From Macrostomum lignano (Eukaryota): a stretch of DNA of 64,000 bases. Shown in pieces: positions 63,234 through 64,000 of this stretch. The position numbers and the translations under genes were made by a program. A model generated the notes under the pieces. It searched no databases, was not told the origin of the DNA, and saw nothing but the letters and a program-made list of their open reading frames with translations. The stretch is taken from NCBI GenBank assembly GCA_002269645.1, contig NIVC01002331.1, positions 119,125-183,124 of the forward strand. The letters are read 5' to 3'. Every line of letters starts with the position of its first letter. The stretch's first letter is position 1.

Positions 63234-64000
63234 GTAAATCCGCTTACCAATAAAGAAAGAGAAAAAGTGAAGGGGAAAAACGAGGAGTGGAGGAAGTGGG
63301 GCGCCGAAGCTTTGCCTTTTCTGATGTGAACCGGCCGCCGGTGTCTCTTCCTTGGAAGGAAGTCGAACCGCGGAGAGCTGCTGCAACTGCACGCTGCTGT
63401 CCCTGCGGTTCCCTTCAATCCCTCTGCCTCTGCGTGACTTGGCAGGTAAAAACAAAAAATGAAGAATGGAGATGGCGACCGCTGCTAAGAAGCGAATGAA
63501 TCTGTTCTGGTACGCTCGTAGCTTTTGCAATCCGACTGCGTGGCCAGTGGCTACTTTGTTTGAAAACACGAATTCGCACTTTTAGCTAAGATTTAGTGTG
63601 CTTAGATCGTCGCCACAAAATGCTATCGAGGTCTTAGGCTGGGTTGTCAATAATGAGGTTCCGGTGCAGCTCCGATCCATCCAGTTCAGTTTTCGCTGAA
63701 GATGTGGTTTGCTCTGGTATACTAATTAAAATGTGCTCTTTTAAAAAACCGGAAGTAGCTCGTAAGCCGGACCTGAACTGGATCGGAACCGGATGATCAT
63801 GAATTCAACCTTTAAGAAGTTTTTGAAACCTACTGTATAGTATAAGGCTGAAAGGTGCTGTTTATACAGACATGACGAGTTGAAATCAAGCAAAATCTAA
63901 ACACGTCAGTCAAAATGTCAGACGTTGACAAGCGTTCTTTCAAGTGCCTAAAATAGCAGCATATAGAGCGTTTCGATGCCTTTGAAACTTTTTCACCTCT

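Overview
Eukaryotic (animal) genomic DNA: GC-rich exons with poly-Ala/Gln/Pro tracts, GT-AG introns, and about 40% of the window (summed by eye) in roughly 35 different mini/microsatellite arrays. The style resembles the flatworm Macrostomum lignano (inference, not proven). Four spliced or single-exon genes were reconstructed by hand with consistent intron phases. (1) The 3' four coding exons of inositol polyphosphate 1-phosphatase INPP1 (+, 2848-8642), followed by a 1067-bp tandem duplication of the gene end. (2) A very divergent transmembrane Sema-PSI-TM semaphorin (class 1/6-like; -, six exons, 37419-14402; 5' exon not found). (3) A single-coding-exon ZC3H10 (-, 44583-43477). (4) The 5' part of a harmonin-N-like (whirlin/harmonin/PDZD7-type) domain gene (+, from 58659). 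Interspersed elements are seven copies of a tRNA-headed SINE with an unrecognised conserved central domain, one CORE-like SINE, a hAT-Charlie-like MITE end and several weaker inverted-repeat elements. The most notable patterns are minisatellites that run up to splice sites or grow out of a stop codon, cores shared between 'different' arrays, and the SINE family. No prokaryotic features or CRISPR arrays were found. Most long ORFs in the track are repeat artefacts. Repeat boundaries are approximate.
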